Shown here: positions 63,106 to 64,000 of the stretch, one piece after another
Position numbering within the stretch: position 1 is the stretch's first letter
How the letters are laid out: every line of letters starts with the position of its first letter
DNA from: Felis catus
Lineage: Eukaryota
Direction: 5' to 3'
Assembly: GCF_018350175.1 (NCBI RefSeq)
Contig: NC_058382.1
Location: 54,438,001-54,502,000, forward strand
DNA length: 64,000 nt
Notes under the pieces: model-generated
Told to the model about the DNA's origin: nothing
The model's input: only the letters and a program-made list of their open reading frames with translations
Database searches by the model: none
Translations under genes and position numbers: made by a program

Positions 63106-63384
63106 AGGAAGTACAGTAAGTACTTGGAAGTGCACTTCTGAGTAGTCAACTCCAGAAATAGAGGATTGTTGCACACATCAACTTCAGAGAAGTGAGTTCC
63201 TCATACTGACAGAAGCTATGGGCCACAAGTAAGACAGGGTTTTCAGGGCAGACAACAGGCATTTGTGCCCATGTGGCCATGTTCTGGAGGTTTTTGTCAC
63301 ACACACACACACGGAATCTGTGGACACTCACAGTGTTCCAAGAATATAATTTAAACCTCACCACACCTGAAATGTTGTCAATTA

Positions 63385-63545
63385 AACCACAACTCTATGA
63401 AGTAGGTGCTAGAATTAGTCTCATTTCACAGCTGAAGAAACCGAGGTTCAGGAAGGTTAAGTAAATTTGCTCTCCATCATTACAGCTCGACAGCGACAGA
63501 GCTGGGATCTGAATACAGGTTTGTCCTATTCTAAGCTCCTTCCCA
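63385..63545 (-). mobile_element. MIR
   Basis: 'tcatttcacagctgaagaaaccgaggttcaggaaggttaagtaaatttgc...gagctgggatctgaatacagg'. Confidence 0.75.
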
Positions 63546-64000
63546 CGGCAATACTCCGACTCTCAACAAAGCCTGAAAGAGACATTGTGGATTTATAGGA
63601 ATTTGTCATGGAAAATAAGGCCTTAGGAGAAAAAAATTCTTGAAAATAGTTATGAATAGGCTTCTACATGGATAAATATATACATATTTTGAACATATTC
63701 CTAATTCCACTCTGTGTTTCTGTTGTCAACACCTGTTTTTTTGTTTGTTTGTTTTTTTAAGGCTTCCCTCTGTCTTTAGCAGGAAAACCCAGAACCCAAC
63801 AGAGTCCACAAAAATAAAAATAAATGTTATCTAGGAAAAGAAGAACCAATGGTACTGAGTCCTTTTCTCAGAAAAGTACATATTGATGACACATTATATT
63901 TCTAGAGGAAATTACGTCTTGACTTTGAGAGTCTAAGACTCTTTAAAAAATTTTATTATGGAAATTTCATTCATTAAGGAAGAGAGAAAAATATAATAAA

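Noticed and set aside
1..64000. CRISPR arrays, operons, true tRNA genes, intact L1 or ERV coding regions
   Set aside because: Eukaryotic DNA with no spacer-repeat periodicity; tRNA-like boxes all belong to SINE heads; L1 and LTR pieces are degenerate fragments.

Overview
Mammalian non-coding DNA, almost certainly from a cat-family (felid/feliform) genome. The evidence is about 25 tRNA-derived CAN-SINEs of the feline SINEC type, many with readable target-site duplications (TSDs). They sit in a background of ancient eutherian repeats (MaLR/ERVL solo LTRs, hAT and Tc1/mariner MITEs, L1/HAL1, L2, MIR). I find no credible protein-coding exon; the listed ORFs are SINE-, microsatellite- or chance-derived. 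The window is therefore intergenic or inside a large intron, and I cannot name the locus. The most notable items are: a tailless, 3'-truncated 5S rRNA retropseudogene with a perfect 12-bp TSD, lying upstream of a co-oriented SINE; an orphan CpG island at about 46.0-46.5 kb; three CTCF-like motifs in convergent orientation, one donated by a MER20B; a GC/CpG-shifted ancient L1 3' end; a MITE with a damaged end and a footprint-like repeat; and several local duplication/nesting scars. I do not see a convincing new biological system. Repeat family names are assigned from memory of consensus sequences, and boundaries are approximate unless a TSD is quoted.
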